Shown: positions 1-10,456 of the stretch, one piece after another
Layout: each line of letters begins with the position of its first letter
How positions within the stretch are numbered: position 1 is the first letter of the stretch
Assembly: GCA_963727805.1 (NCBI GenBank)
Contig: CAVSHF010000005.1
Location: forward strand, 1 to 64,000
Reading direction: 5' to 3'
DNA from: an uncultured Nitrospiraceae bacterium
GTDB taxonomy: Bacteria > Nitrospirota > Thermodesulfovibrionia > Thermodesulfovibrionales > Dissulfurispiraceae
DNA length: 64,000 nt
Notes under the pieces: generated by a model
Told to the model about the DNA's origin: nothing
The model's input: the letters and a program-made list of their open reading frames with translations, nothing else
The model's database searches: none
Program-made: the position numbers and the translations under genes

Positions 1-1443
1 GACCCTATGATTAAAAAGTAGAAGACAAGTCCCCCGATCGGATATGTTGTATCTGGAGAGAATCAACAAACCGAAAGAAGGAGGACTTGTCATGAATAAG
101 ATTAGCAAACTTAATTTTAAGGGTCAACAGATTTATGTCGGCATGGATGTTCACAAGAAGAGTTGGAGCGTTAGTATTTTTACGGATGCGTTTGAACATA
201 AGACCTTTACGCAGCCCCCTGAGGTGGACACATTGGTGAATTATCTCAAACGCAATTTTCCTGGTGCGTCATACAAATCGGTCTATGAAGCCGGCTACTG
301 TGGTTTCTGGATTCACGATCGACTGCAAGAACATGGGGTACAGTGTCTTGTAGTCAATCCGGCCGATGTGCCTACAAAGGACAAGGAGCGAACAAAGAAA
401 ACCGACCGAGTGGACTGCCGCAAGCTGGCAAGAAGTCTCCGAAGCGGAGAGATCGAGGGCATATATGTTCCTTCCCGTCCCAAGGTGGAAGACCGTAGCC
501 TTATCAGAACTCGACAAAGTATGGTCAAGAAACAGACGCGCTGTAAGAACCAGATCAAGTCTATATTGCATTTCTACGGAATCCAAATACCGGAAGAACT
601 GGCAAACGGTAACTGGTCCAAGCGCTTCATTACGTGGATTGAAGATATAAGGATGGAACGGGCCAGCGGCAATTTTGCATTGAAAGTTCATTTGGAGGAA
701 CTCAATAACATGCGGAAGCTAATTGCTGATATTACCCGTGGCATCCGTAACCTTGCCAACTCGGATGAGTACCGGCAGAATGTCCGCCTGCTGAAGACCG
801 TGCCGGGGATTAGTACTCTGACCGCCATGATACTACTTACGGAACTGTATGAACTCAGTCGTTTCAAGAATTTCGACAAACTTTGCAGTTACGTCGGACT
901 TATTCCTGATACGGATTCTAGTGGGGAAACGGAACGGAAAACCGGCATAACCAACAGACGGAATGCTCAGCTTCGTGGCATATTGATTGAGAGCTCCTGG
1001 GTGGCGGTACGCAAAGACCCAGCTCTGCTGATGACTTTTCATACACTGTGCAAGAAGATGCCGAAGACCAATGCAATCGTCCGAATTGCCAGGAAACTGT
1101 TAAACAGGATTCGGTACGTCTTAAAGAACCAGCAAGAATATGTATCGGCTGTTGTTCAGTAGAGTGTGATGATAAAGCATGGGAGCATATCTTCAAACTG
1201 ACGTGTACCGTGGGTATCGCATTTTGATTACTACAGCGGCTCAAAAGATGCTGACTGTCCACTCACAGACTACGAACCCACGTCTTCAAATACATGACCA
1301 AGGTAATGCAGCGTCTTCATTAATGAAGGCTGTCTGCTCATAGAAGATTGGGTTTGAGGATGGCACCTGTTATAACGACATTACAGCATACTACGCGGGG
1401 GTAGACACGGGATTAGAAAAGTCTTGCTTTTTTAACATAGAAG
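1..1443 (+). mobile_element. IS110/IS1111-type insertion sequence (left end probably just outside window)
   Basis: DEDD transposase; imperfect sub-terminal IR CTATG(A)TTAAAAA at ~5 and ending ~1440; ~280-nt downstream non-coding region. Confidence 0.75.
92..1162 (+). CDS. IS110 family transposase
   Basis: YVGMDVHK, YEAG, KTDRVD and SYVGLIP...SSG motifs; start after GGAGG RBS. Confidence 0.92.
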   Translation: MNKISKLNFKGQQIYVGMDVHKKSWSVSIFTDAFEHKTFTQPPEVDTLVNYLKRNFPGASYKSVYEAGYCGFWIHDRLQEHGVQCLVVNPADVPTKDKERTKKTDRVDCRKLARSLRSGEIEGIYVPSRPKVEDRSLIRTRQSMVKKQTRCKNQIKSILHFYGIQIPEELANGNWSKRFITWIEDIRMERASGNFALKVHLEELNNMRKLIADITRGIRNLANSDEYRQNVRLLKTVPGISTLTAMILLTELYELSRFKNFDKLCSYVGLIPDTDSSGETERKTGITNRRNAQLRGILIESSWVAVRKDPALLMTFHTLCKKMPKTNAIVRIARKLLNRIRYVLKNQQEYVSAVVQ

Positions 1444-1756
1444 TAATCAAGATACTCCTCGACACGGTGAAGACGCTTTGATTTTATCGGTAATCATCGG
1501 GTTCGATATTCACACCCACTCAAGCAGTGATCATTATTATGAACATCTCAGAAGTGAAGATATTAAATATAATCTGTTCGTCTCGGATAGTGATACGGCG
1601 TAATGTACATCCTGCTGAATCATCAGATGCGATATTGATACCGGCACTTCAGAAGCCTTATCAAGCCTAATTAGACAGCAAGCGGCGCAGAATAGTCTCT
1701 AAATCTTTGCGGAATTGGTCCAGAGCCAAAGGCTTCTGAATATAGTCGCTAGCACC

Positions 1757-2137
1757 TCAGGCCTTTTGGCCAAGAAACTTTTTGAGCTTCTTTATCTCAT
1801 CAGGAGTCATCTTGATCGTGGTCTTCGGCACCTCGCTTGAGACCTCGGCCATGACCTTCCACATCTCTGGTCTGACAAATCCGTAGGTGTCGACGAATGA
1901 CTGCATATCCGAGTTGAGATAAGGGATGAGCTTCCTTATATCTGAAGCCGCCTCTTCCATCCTGTTTAGTAGAGAGAAAGCTGTGCCTCGGGCCAAAAGA
2001 GCCAGACTGAAGTCGGCTTTCAGGTCCATTGCTTTGTTGAAATCAATTATGGCAGCTTCGTTTTTACCAGACATCATGGAAGCCATGCCTCTGATCGATG
2101 TGGAGGGGAAAGCTAATATATTCAGAGATATCGTCAC
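1757..2137 (-). CDS. TPR-repeat protein, probably 5'-truncated
   Basis: AIIDFNKAMDLKADFSLALLARG TPR pattern; no clear start. Confidence 0.5.
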   Translation of the reverse strand: MTISLNILAFPSTSIRGMASMMSGKNEAAIIDFNKAMDLKADFSLALLARGTAFSLLNRMEEAASDIRKLIPYLNSDMQSFVDTYGFVRPEMWKVMAEVSSEVPKTTIKMTPDEIKKLKKFLGQKA

Positions 2138-2169
2138 CGAGGGAAGAACAGGGTATTAGTGATTAAAGT

Positions 2170-2591
2170 ATGAACTCTAGCTTGAAAATAACCTCGTTTG
2201 TTTTTATATTTGTAATTCTGCTTTTTTCTTATGCCTATGCTGAAAATAAAGTTTCAGAAGGCTACGATGAAAATACCGAGGTCACCATAAAGGGAACGAT
2301 CAAGGATATTGACCGTGGAATGAGAGGCCCAGTGATTGTTTACTGCAGGCTGGCAACAAGAACTATCAGGTCATAACGGCGCCGCCACGGTATATCGCCC
2401 AAGAAGGCATTGAACTCAGACCTGGAAGTTCGTATGCAGTGACCGGCTCAAAATTTATCTCCCGTGACGGCAATCCCTATATCATCGCAAGCCGCCTAAA
2501 AGACTTGTCTACCGGGGAGATAACGCAACTCAGGGATTCATCCTGCATGCCTCTGTGGAAGGGAATACGAATGAGTAGAAGCATGAATTAA
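2170..2591 (+). pseudogene. Frameshifted exported OB-fold-like protein
   Basis: Signal peptide then YDENTEVTIKGTI; continues in another frame after ~2340 (NYQVITAPP...VTGSK...LRD...PLW) to a stop at 2591. Confidence 0.6.
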
Positions 2592-2644
2592 TAATATTAA
2601 ATAGCATTAGTTCGATTGCCTATGCATAGCCGCGCTCAGTTGCT

Positions 2645-2863
2645 TTATGATAGCTTTGACAATACCTCTTTAATCATTGCAATATTTTCTTTAAGTTGCC
2701 CTAACCTTTCCTCATCCTTTCTTACCTCGCGGCCGCCAATATGCGCCGAAGTATATATGAAGTTGAAGTTTATCGTTTCCTCTAGATCTTCGAATTCGGT
2801 CTGCAAACGTGCTAGCAATGTCTTAAGTGCAGCGGCGTCAACTGAATTGCAGTCCATCGGCAT
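2645..2863 (-). CDS. Small hypothetical coiled-coil protein
   Basis: 72-aa ORF with AAGGA RBS. Confidence 0.55.
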   Translation of the reverse strand: MPMDCNSVDAAALKTLLARLQTEFEDLEETINFNFIYTSAHIGGREVRKDEERLGQLKENIAMIKEVLSKLS

Positions 2864-3001
2864 TTCCTTTTATTTATACATCAATTCTGTATCGCTATGA
2901 TAACAGGGCGGTGCGCAGACGCACAATATTTTTAAATAAAAAACGTACTGGTCTTCCTGACCTTGAAATATAAAATAGGTTATATTGGATGCGATTCGGT
3001 C

Positions 3002-3547
3002 CTAATTTAGGACAAAGTGATCTCTTCTGTTTTTTGTCCAGCACTCCTCTGTGCTTTGGGTGCAGAGGGGCTTTTCTTTTCCGTAGCTGATAGTGTCAAT
3101 ACGTGCTGATGGAATGCCTGCCGAAATCAGGTATTGTTTTGCAGCATTTGCTCTCTTATCGCCGAGGGCGAGATTGTACTCCTTTGTGCCTCTCTCATCG
3201 CAGTTACCCTCAATGATGACTTTCAGTTTCGGATGCTTCATAAAGACATTAGCCAAATCATTGAGTATAGGTTTTGCGTCGGCTTCCAGATCATATTTAT
3301 CAAAATTAAAATGAATATCCTTCAGCTTCGCTTGGATTTCCTTTTTCAAGCGCTCCATTTCCGCTAGTCCTTTTTCATTTATATTTTCCGGCGGCACCAC
3401 CTGACCTGCTGTTCGTGCAGCAACGGGTTTGCTCTCAACCACTGTAGCCGGCTTTTGAACGGGAGTCTCACTCTGCACAACTGCTTTGTGAGCGCATCCC
3501 GCACCTATCATTCCGACTATCATCGAAACCACAATAAGCTTTTTCAT
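3002..3547 (-). CDS. pal: Peptidoglycan-associated lipoprotein (OmpA-like C domain)
   Basis: Lipobox GAGC; IHFNFDKY, IEGNCDERGTKEYNLALGDKRA, SYGKEKP, KNRR. Confidence 0.9.
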   Translation of the reverse strand: MKKLIVVSMIVGMIGAGCAHKAVVQSETPVQKPATVVESKPVAARTAGQVVPPENINEKGLAEMERLKKEIQAKLKDIHFNFDKYDLEADAKPILNDLANVFMKHPKLKVIIEGNCDERGTKEYNLALGDKRANAAKQYLISAGIPSARIDTISYGKEKPLCTQSTEECWTKNRRDHFVLN

Positions 3548-3679
3548 TCGTCCTCCTAAAAAGATAATTTCGCTTCCTAAATTGACGTGAATAATATTCA
3601 TGACAATTTTCGGATTGTCCATAAATGGCATAATGGATCTCTTAAAAAGAGATGTAATAAATTTCGTGAAATTAGCTGC

Positions 3680-4114
3680 TCATGTGGATTGAGGCGGAGA
3701 CAGACCTGAAAACAATAGTGGGTAATTATCGTAGGAGCTAAATGTGGAAAGCCTGGATAATGACAACGAGGGATCACTAAAAAATGTCAAATGCTCATTC
3801 AGCTTTGCTATGTCTGCAAGGCGGATAAGGTTAGAGACCTTGTCATCTGAAAGAATTGCTCTTTTCTTCAGGAGTAGAACTCCGGCAATTGGCTGGGGTT
3901 TTTCCTTGCTATGCTTTGACTCGAGAGTCAAGCAGATAAGCTCATAAAGAAAAATATGTGAGTCCGTTCGATATGCTGAGCCGGTTCCTGCTGCATGAAG
4001 ACTTTCAGATGACCGTATAGCGTAAACACAAAGAAGCGGTGATGCCGCATAAATGGAAAAATATAGAACGATAGCGAGACTTAAAATCCGCTTTCTATTG
4101 CAAAACGATGGCAT
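3680..4114 (-). CDS. Hypothetical membrane-anchored protein ending in FSGLSPP
   Basis: N-terminal hydrophobic helix; C-terminal SPP motif; lies upstream of pal. Confidence 0.55.
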   Translation of the reverse strand: MPSFCNRKRILSLAIVLYFSIYAASPLLCVYAIRSSESLHAAGTGSAYRTDSHIFLYELICLTLESKHSKEKPQPIAGVLLLKKRAILSDDKVSNLIRLADIAKLNEHLTFFSDPSLSLSRLSTFSSYDNYPLLFSGLSPPQST

Positions 4115-4529
4115 AGACTCCTTAGTTTTCCACAAATTCCAAATCAGATGATGACATAATAACATAGAACATTTGATCATTCTACTCCGCCATTTGCCGC
4201 GTCGAAGTTCAGAGTTCATTCATCGTATGCTTTCTTCGGGACGTAAGTTTGGGAGACAACTGTTTGTTTATCTTTTCAAGAAATATATAAATTTAAACAT
4301 TACGAGTAGAAGGTTTTTCCAGAAACAAGTTTCAAGGACTGAAATGCTGTATTTTTACCGAAAAGTTTGCAAGATTGAACAAGCAAGGAGTCCTGATCGA
4401 AAGAGACTTGCTTGACATAATTGACGAATCCTCCGCAACCGGAAAATATCCTGAGGATCTCTTTTTGTCAAGATGCATCCCAAAGCATAAATTCTGTTCT
4501 GCCTGACAGAATATTACGGTTATCCTTTC

Positions 4530-4793
4530 ATGGAATACGATGAAGATATTATGGTTTCTTCAAAAATAGTGCGGATAATGGATTTGGAGCGAATGAAAAA
4601 GGTTCTATGGATCCCGTTCTACTCAGGCAACGATCAGGCCGAAGTCATTGCATGCAATCCCGACGCTTCCTGTATCGTTGAAGTAAAACAGACCCTGAAC
4701 GTCAAGATAGTCAGCTTTTTCGTAGCGCTTCCTGCAGATATTATCAGGATCATCAAGAACAACCTTGACCTGAATCCTAATTTCTGTGTTTAA
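4530..4793 (+). CDS. Hypothetical protein
   Basis: 87-aa ORF only. Confidence 0.35.
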   Translation: MEYDEDIMVSSKIVRIMDLERMKKVLWIPFYSGNDQAEVIACNPDASCIVEVKQTLNVKIVSFFVALPADIIRIIKNNLDLNPNFCV

Positions 4794-5442
4794 GCAGGCC
4801 GCACTCAGCTTACAAAGTGACGTACCATCCTTGGCGAGAGCGGAACGATTTGCCTATTGAATATTATGCGCAGAGATTCAAAGAGGGAAACTATGAGTTG
4901 ATGGAGGACGGAGGCGAGAAGTAAAAGCTCACGCAGATTCGGTCCATATGCAAGGTGCACACTTAAAAAGACAGAACTGCCTGGATCCTTATAATAGAAG
5001 CACTAAAGAGATTTTGCCGAATATGACGAACCCTAACAGCTGAAGCGATAACAATTAGCAGGTGATACTATTTATTTTTTTCTGGTTCATAAAGGAATTG
5101 CAGGGTTTGGATCGGCGGAACCTAAGTCTGATAGTTTTGGTGAAAAACGCAATTCACAATTCTTCATAATTTCTTCATCACAGCTTCACAGTTATTTTGC
5201 ATAATTATATGATGCGATTGTCCTCAACCATAAAGAATTCATGTCCTCGTTGTCTTGATGCTGCTTTCACGCCGAAGCACCAAGCAGTAGCAGTATTAGG
5301 GACATAAGCGTTGACGACCAATAGTTACACAACTGCACATTTATATATGGGTGTCTTTAGGCAAAAAAAGGGGGAGGTTGATGACTGACCCGCATATTGA
5401 CAAAGCTCTTGAGGATTTGCTTAATATTAGTCAGAGGTATAT

Positions 5443-5856
5443 GTGAATAACCGCAAGATATATAAGATCAGCACGGCGTTAGGGGTCTGTCTTGCCACAT
5501 TTCTATTTGCACACTGTGCAGTGGCCGACAGCAAAACAGTTCATGGAACTTTCATTCTCAACGGGGCAGTTTCTCCGGCATCAGTAATCCAGCATATCGT
5601 CGATAAAGTTCCATATAGTGCTTTTGCTCACAAGGGCGGCGTGAACCCCCATTCTAATGTCCCAATATGCCTTTGCAAGATGGGGATGGTCCTTGATGAC
5701 GATTGGATCGAAAAGATTACAGTCTCCAAACCTGCTGCAAAATTTGCAAAGCCGCCCCTTTATTTATGCGGTCAGTTCCCGGTAATACTTTCAGAACTGA
5801 CATCATCACAAGGGTTCTACTTATCGTCCTCAGACCTTTCCCCGCCTTCTTTATAG
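5443..5856 (+). CDS. Hypothetical exported protein ending in SSDLSPP
   Basis: GAGG RBS, TTGACA promoter-like element upstream, signal-like N-terminus. Confidence 0.55.
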   Translation: MNNRKIYKISTALGVCLATFLFAHCAVADSKTVHGTFILNGAVSPASVIQHIVDKVPYSAFAHKGGVNPHSNVPICLCKMGMVLDDDWIEKITVSKPAAKFAKPPLYLCGQFPVILSELTSSQGFYLSSSDLSPPSL

Positions 5857-6096
5857 TTCTATTGCCGGGAAACAAGTGACTCTAAAGTTTTTGATTAGAA
5901 GTCGAAGAACAACAATGATTTTCGAAGGCGGAATCTCATTTATGTTCACTGATCTTGCTAATCAATAAAGAGTTTATCCTCACCAGCATTACAAGTTTCC
6001 CTGCGCAACACAAATGTCATTCCTAAAATAAGGGTTCATCGAATCAACTTACGAACTGTAGGATGATATAGAAATTGTTTAAATGGAGGAAATACC

Positions 6097-6690
6097 ATGA
6101 AAAATAATGGAACAAGCGAAAATATCATTACTAAAACGAAATCGAACGGAAAAGCATTAAAAGCTCACGACCAAGGCAGTAAACATAAAGTAGCTCCTGT
6201 CGCAACTGTGCGGAATAATGACAGATCTCGCGTAGATCATAGTCCGCAAATGAAAAACCTTGTTTGGAGCTACCATTTAATTACGGTGCTGACGGCCAAA
6301 GGTCGGGACATTACGATTTTGACGATCTTCGATGAGCATACCAAGGAATGTCTTTACAGCCTTGCTGCTAATCATATAACAACTGAAAATGTGATCGATG
6401 ATTTATTCAATCTTTTTCTGCATCGAGGTATTCCAAAATATCTTATTGCGTTCACTGACAATAACTCGATGCCTAGCTCCATTTGTGAATGGCTGGAAAA
6501 GCTCGAACTTATTAGTACTTTTGTGGAGTTGAAGCAATACGGAGAAAACGGATATGGCGTATTGTTCAAGGGCAAATTTGTTAAGAACCTTCTTAACGAA
6601 AGAAGTTTTGCATCATTAGCTGATGTTCAGTTATGGGCAGCAAACTGGATGTATCAGCATAACCGCTCGGTTAATCTTGAGCGGTCATAG
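6097..6690 (+). CDS. Degenerate IS3-like integrase core (rve) protein
   Basis: WSY..., LTIFDEHTKECL, RGIP...DN and ENGY motifs, but catalytic residues are altered. Confidence 0.6.
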   Translation: MKNNGTSENIITKTKSNGKALKAHDQGSKHKVAPVATVRNNDRSRVDHSPQMKNLVWSYHLITVLTAKGRDITILTIFDEHTKECLYSLAANHITTENVIDDLFNLFLHRGIPKYLIAFTDNNSMPSSICEWLEKLELISTFVELKQYGENGYGVLFKGKFVKNLLNERSFASLADVQLWAANWMYQHNRSVNLERS

Positions 6691-6742
6691 AAACACGAAC
6701 ATTATTCTAAAATTCGCATATCGACACTGGAGGTTAGGAAAT

Positions 6743-8212
6743 ATGTGTAGGCAAATCAGGAAGACGAGTATCATCGCTGTGTTTTTCTCACTCATCGGGC
6801 TGATATTGGGACTTGGCATTTCGTCGAGTTTGAATATGAATTCAAATGCATATTCAGAGGAACCCAGGATATCCAATGAGACAATCCATATCCTCTCAAA
6901 GACGAATGAGGCCATGGCAGAGGTCGCTGCAGCCGTCAAGCCGGCGGTCGTCAATATATCATCCACACGAACCATAAAATCACAGGGCATCGAGAATCAT
7001 TTCTTTAACGATCCTCTTTTCAGGCGGTTCTTCGGCGAACAATTCGGCGGGTTGGAACACCCCCGTGAATTCAAACAGGCTAGTTTAGGTTCAGGGGTAA
7101 TCGTTGATAAGGATGGCTATATTCTCACCAATAACCATGTGGTAAAGGATGCCGACGAGATCAAAGTAAAGCTTTCGGACAAGCGGGAATTCAAAGGAAA
7201 GGTCATAGGTACTGACCCTAAGACAGACCTTGCAGTCGTCAAGATCGAAGCACATAAACTGCCGGTGTTGAAACTCGGAGACTCCGATAAGATGAAGGTG
7301 GGTGAGACTGTACTTGCAGTAGGCAACCCATTTGGGTTGAACCAGACGGTAACATCGGGAATCGTAAGCGCTGTCGGAAGGGCTGATGTGGGAATAGCTG
7401 ATTATGAGGATTTCATCCAGACGGACGCAGCCATAAATCCTGGCAACTCGGGCGGTGCGCTGGCAAATATTAACGGAGAATTGGTAGGAATCAACACAGC
7501 CATTTTCAGCACGTCGGGGGGCTACCAGGGGATAGGCTTTGCTATACCCAGCAATATGGCTAAAGCAGTGCTGAGCAGTCTCATCAAGAACGGGAAGGTT
7601 GTCAGGGGATGGCTCGGGGTTTCCATTCAACCGATAACTGCCGAACTCGCGAAGCAGTTCGGCCTGAAGGAAGAGAAAGGAGTTCTTATAGGCGACGTCA
7701 CCGAAGAAAGTCCGGCCGACAAAGCGGGTATAAAAAGAGGGGACGTCATTATTGAATACAATGGAACCCCGATCTCTGAACCGGCGCTGCTCAGGAACCT
7801 TGTGGCAGGTACTGCGCCCGGTGCTGAGGTCTCGCTCAAGCTGCTGCATGAAGGAAAGTCTCATTCCATAAAGGTGACTGTAGGCGAATTGCCGATATCT
7901 CTACAGAAAATAAGCAAGGAATACGACAATCTTCTTAAGTGCGTTCAGGTGCAAGACCTCACCCCCGAAATCAGGAAGGAGTTGGACATACCAAAGCAAG
8001 TAAATGGCGTTATAGTCTCGAACGTCGAAGGTGGCAGTACCGCGGAAGGCATACTGACCCGCGGCGACATACTCCTTGAGATAGACAAGAATAGAATTGG
8101 ATCACTGAAGGATTATGAAAAGGCGGCATCTGCGATCAAGTCTGGCGAGAACATCCTATTGCTCATATTCAGAAACGGAGCGACCTTTTACGCGACGGTT
8201 TCGGCTCATTAA
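6743..8212 (+). CDS. DegP/DegQ (HtrA) serine protease with two PDZ domains
   Basis: LTNNHVV, DLAVVKI, IQTDAAINPGNSGG. Confidence 0.95.
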   Translation: MCRQIRKTSIIAVFFSLIGLILGLGISSSLNMNSNAYSEEPRISNETIHILSKTNEAMAEVAAAVKPAVVNISSTRTIKSQGIENHFFNDPLFRRFFGEQFGGLEHPREFKQASLGSGVIVDKDGYILTNNHVVKDADEIKVKLSDKREFKGKVIGTDPKTDLAVVKIEAHKLPVLKLGDSDKMKVGETVLAVGNPFGLNQTVTSGIVSAVGRADVGIADYEDFIQTDAAINPGNSGGALANINGELVGINTAIFSTSGGYQGIGFAIPSNMAKAVLSSLIKNGKVVRGWLGVSIQPITAELAKQFGLKEEKGVLIGDVTEESPADKAGIKRGDVIIEYNGTPISEPALLRNLVAGTAPGAEVSLKLLHEGKSHSIKVTVGELPISLQKISKEYDNLLKCVQVQDLTPEIRKELDIPKQVNGVIVSNVEGGSTAEGILTRGDILLEIDKNRIGSLKDYEKAASAIKSGENILLLIFRNGATFYATVSAH

Positions 8213-8295
8213 ACGACGCAGAGTGTATGGCTCTAATGTATAAATGAAGAACAAGCTTTTGGGTATATCCAAGGGAAATGGAAGAGAGGTGAAAT

Positions 8296-8598
8296 ATGCA
8301 TATCATACAGGTCAAAAAGAAAGATAATATGAATATTGAGTTGCAAGCTGAGGAGGTGGGTGCAAGCGCCCTGAAGGCGTCATCTCAAAATGCTGATCAA
8401 ACTTTGGCAAAGAAATTCCAAGAGCCGAGGGTTCTTGTTGAATGTGACTTCATTGTTGAAGTCAGCCAGTCGGTGGCATCAAAGGGTAAACATGCAGACT
8501 ATATCCAGCAGTTGCTAAGAGGCATGCTGGAGCGGAACAAAAATATCAAGAATATCTTCGACATAGACGCCTTCGAACCGTGCACGAAAGGAGCATAG
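8296..8598 (+). CDS. Hypothetical protein
   Basis: ORF with GAGG RBS. Confidence 0.45.
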   Translation: MHIIQVKKKDNMNIELQAEEVGASALKASSQNADQTLAKKFQEPRVLVECDFIVEVSQSVASKGKHADYIQQLLRGMLERNKNIKNIFDIDAFEPCTKGA

Positions 8599-8759
8599 TG
8601 CAGTTTCTTTTGAAGTCCATCGGGTCCACCGCCCTGGGCATGCTGGGCGGGTGGCTCGGTGGCTTAATAGGCTTCAGTACCGGATTATATATCAGCATCG
8701 TCCTTAGCGTAGTGGGCTGGTACCTGACAAAGCATTTTTGTGATGAGTACTTGGGATAG
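8598..8759 (+). CDS. Small glycine-rich membrane protein (53 aa, not in ORF track)
   Basis: AAGGAG RBS, GTG start, GMLGGWLGGLIG hydrophobic segments. Confidence 0.55.
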   Translation: MQFLLKSIGSTALGMLGGWLGGLIGFSTGLYISIVLSVVGWYLTKHFCDEYLG

Positions 8760-8850
8760 TCAGGAGCATCAACGGGCAACGAACGATTCCTTGGAATCCC
8801 ATTTTTAAGCAAGGTATCAGATTTCTTGTACAGGTAAAGGTTATTTTCAC

Positions 8851-8896
8851 AAATCACCAAATTCCCGGTACTGATAAAATCGATGATAGTCAGTCG
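8851..8896 (-). repeat. Type-B dispersed site (inverted copy)
   Basis: AAATCACCAAATTCCCGGTACTGATAAAATCGATGA is reverse-complement-like to the 10148/17952/63481 copies. Confidence 0.75.
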
Positions 8897-8959
8897 CACC
8901 AATTGTTTCTGGAGAAGAGCGCCGGTATGGACTTCGCGACGAAAGCTTGTGTAACGAGC

Positions 8960-9078
8960 CGTATCCCTGTGGTAACGATAACGACATGTACCCTCACTCG
9001 TCAAATTATCGGCAGTGAGGGAGAGTACGAACGGTAATCATCGCACCGCAAGAAATTTGAAAATAGCGACTTGTCGGT
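8960..9078 (+). repeat. ~120-bp non-coding repeat (inverted copy at ~58370-58490)
   Basis: Shares ACGACATG..TCGTCAAATTATCGGC.GTGAGGGAG.GTACGAA.GGTAATCATC..ACCGCAAGAAATTTGAAAAT. Confidence 0.75.
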
Positions 9079-9226
9079 ATTATCTCGAACAGAGCACTAA
9101 AGACTTCCGGTCGTACACTCCCGTGCATTCGGGATACCCTCGCCCAATAGTTACTTCTATGTGAGATCTAATGCAGAAACAACAATACCTCCTATACAGC
9201 CGGAAAGAAAAAAGGTAAAATATTTA

Positions 9227-10102
9227 ATGCCTGAATACGAAGGGACCGTGATCCGGCCCCCTAGCGAGGCCGACAGCCTTATCTTCCAATTCACCATCGG
9301 GTGTTCCCACAACCAGTGCGTATTCTGCCCCGCTTACAAGCAGAAGCAATTTCGCATCCGCAGCATCGCGGAAATGGAACGGGATATCTTGAATTGTGTT
9401 TCGGGGTTCAACAGCACGCGGCGGATCTTTCTTGCTGACGGCGACGCCCTTGTAGCTCCGCAGCAAGACCTGCTCGCGTTGTTCGCGCTTCTCCGGCATC
9501 ATTTCCCACGGCTCCAGCGGATCGGAATGTATGCGAACGCACGGAGCATCTTGGGCAAGAGCGTGAACGAACTGTCGAATCTCCGTGAGCAAGGTCTCGG
9601 CATCCTCCACCTCGGCGTCGAATCCGGAGATGACACGTTGCTCGCATGGATGCGGAAAGGCGTGACCGCCGCAGAGACGATCGAGGCGTCCCGCCGCGTA
9701 AAAAAGGCAGGCATCAAGTTGTCGGTAACAGTGTTGCTCGGCATCGGCGGCAGCACCGGGAGCATACAACACGCACGCGCGACGGGAAAGCTGCTTACAG
9801 AGATCGGGCCGGATTATGTGGGCGCGCTCACGACCATGGTGGTTCGCGGTACGCCGCTTTATCTGCTCCAGGAATTAGGGGATTTTATGCTGCCGGACTC
9901 CTTTGCTATTCTGGAGGAGCTTGCGGAAATGATCGAGCATACAGAGATGCGCGGGCTTTTCTTTGCAAACCATGCTTCGAACTACTTGCCGGTACGGGTC
10001 AGAATGCCGCAGCAGCGAGACGAAGCGGTAAAGATGATCCGTGAGTTCGTGCAGAAGGGTGATGCGTTCTCTTTGAAACCCGAGCGATTGCGGAGACTGT
10101 AA
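9227..10102 (+). CDS. Radical SAM protein
   Basis: IRPPSEA, GCSHNQCVFC, FLADGDAL, GVESG, NHASNY. Confidence 0.9.
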   Translation: MPEYEGTVIRPPSEADSLIFQFTIGCSHNQCVFCPAYKQKQFRIRSIAEMERDILNCVSGFNSTRRIFLADGDALVAPQQDLLALFALLRHHFPRLQRIGMYANARSILGKSVNELSNLREQGLGILHLGVESGDDTLLAWMRKGVTAAETIEASRRVKKAGIKLSVTVLLGIGGSTGSIQHARATGKLLTEIGPDYVGALTTMVVRGTPLYLLQELGDFMLPDSFAILEELAEMIEHTEMRGLFFANHASNYLPVRVRMPQQRDEAVKMIREFVQKGDAFSLKPERLRRL

Positions 10103-10147
10103 CGCAGGAAAACTTTTCTTTGAAGACTTCGAAGTCACAAGATGTAA

Positions 10148-10241
10148 CTACTGAAAGTCATTGATTTTACCGGTACCAGTAATTTGGTGATTACCCAGAT
10201 AACCTATCATCACCGGTTTGTCGAGTGTCTCCTTGTAACAC
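10148..10241 (+). repeat. Type-B dispersed site, interrupted by IS21
   Basis: CTACTGAAAGTCATTGATTTTACCGGTACCAGTAATTTGGTGATT; colinear with the 63481 copy for ~100 bp. Confidence 0.8.
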
Positions 10242-10456
10242 TGCGTATTTCGGAGCATCGCGACCAGTCATTTCGGTCCATCGCGACCACCTGTTTCGGA
10301 GTATCGCGACCACCCATTTCGGACTGAGCGCGACCACTTTTGGTCGTAGTCCGAAACGAGAGGTCATATAGGAGCTGACGAGAGCGTCGTCTTAGTTGGA
10401 TATAGCAGGGGGTTATAAGTCATTGTTTCTTCTTGACCATTCATCAAGGAGGCACA

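Noticed and set aside
10242..10340. Four short regularly spaced repeats resembling a mini CRISPR
   Set aside because: They are IS21 sub-terminal transposase-binding repeats, mirrored at the other end.
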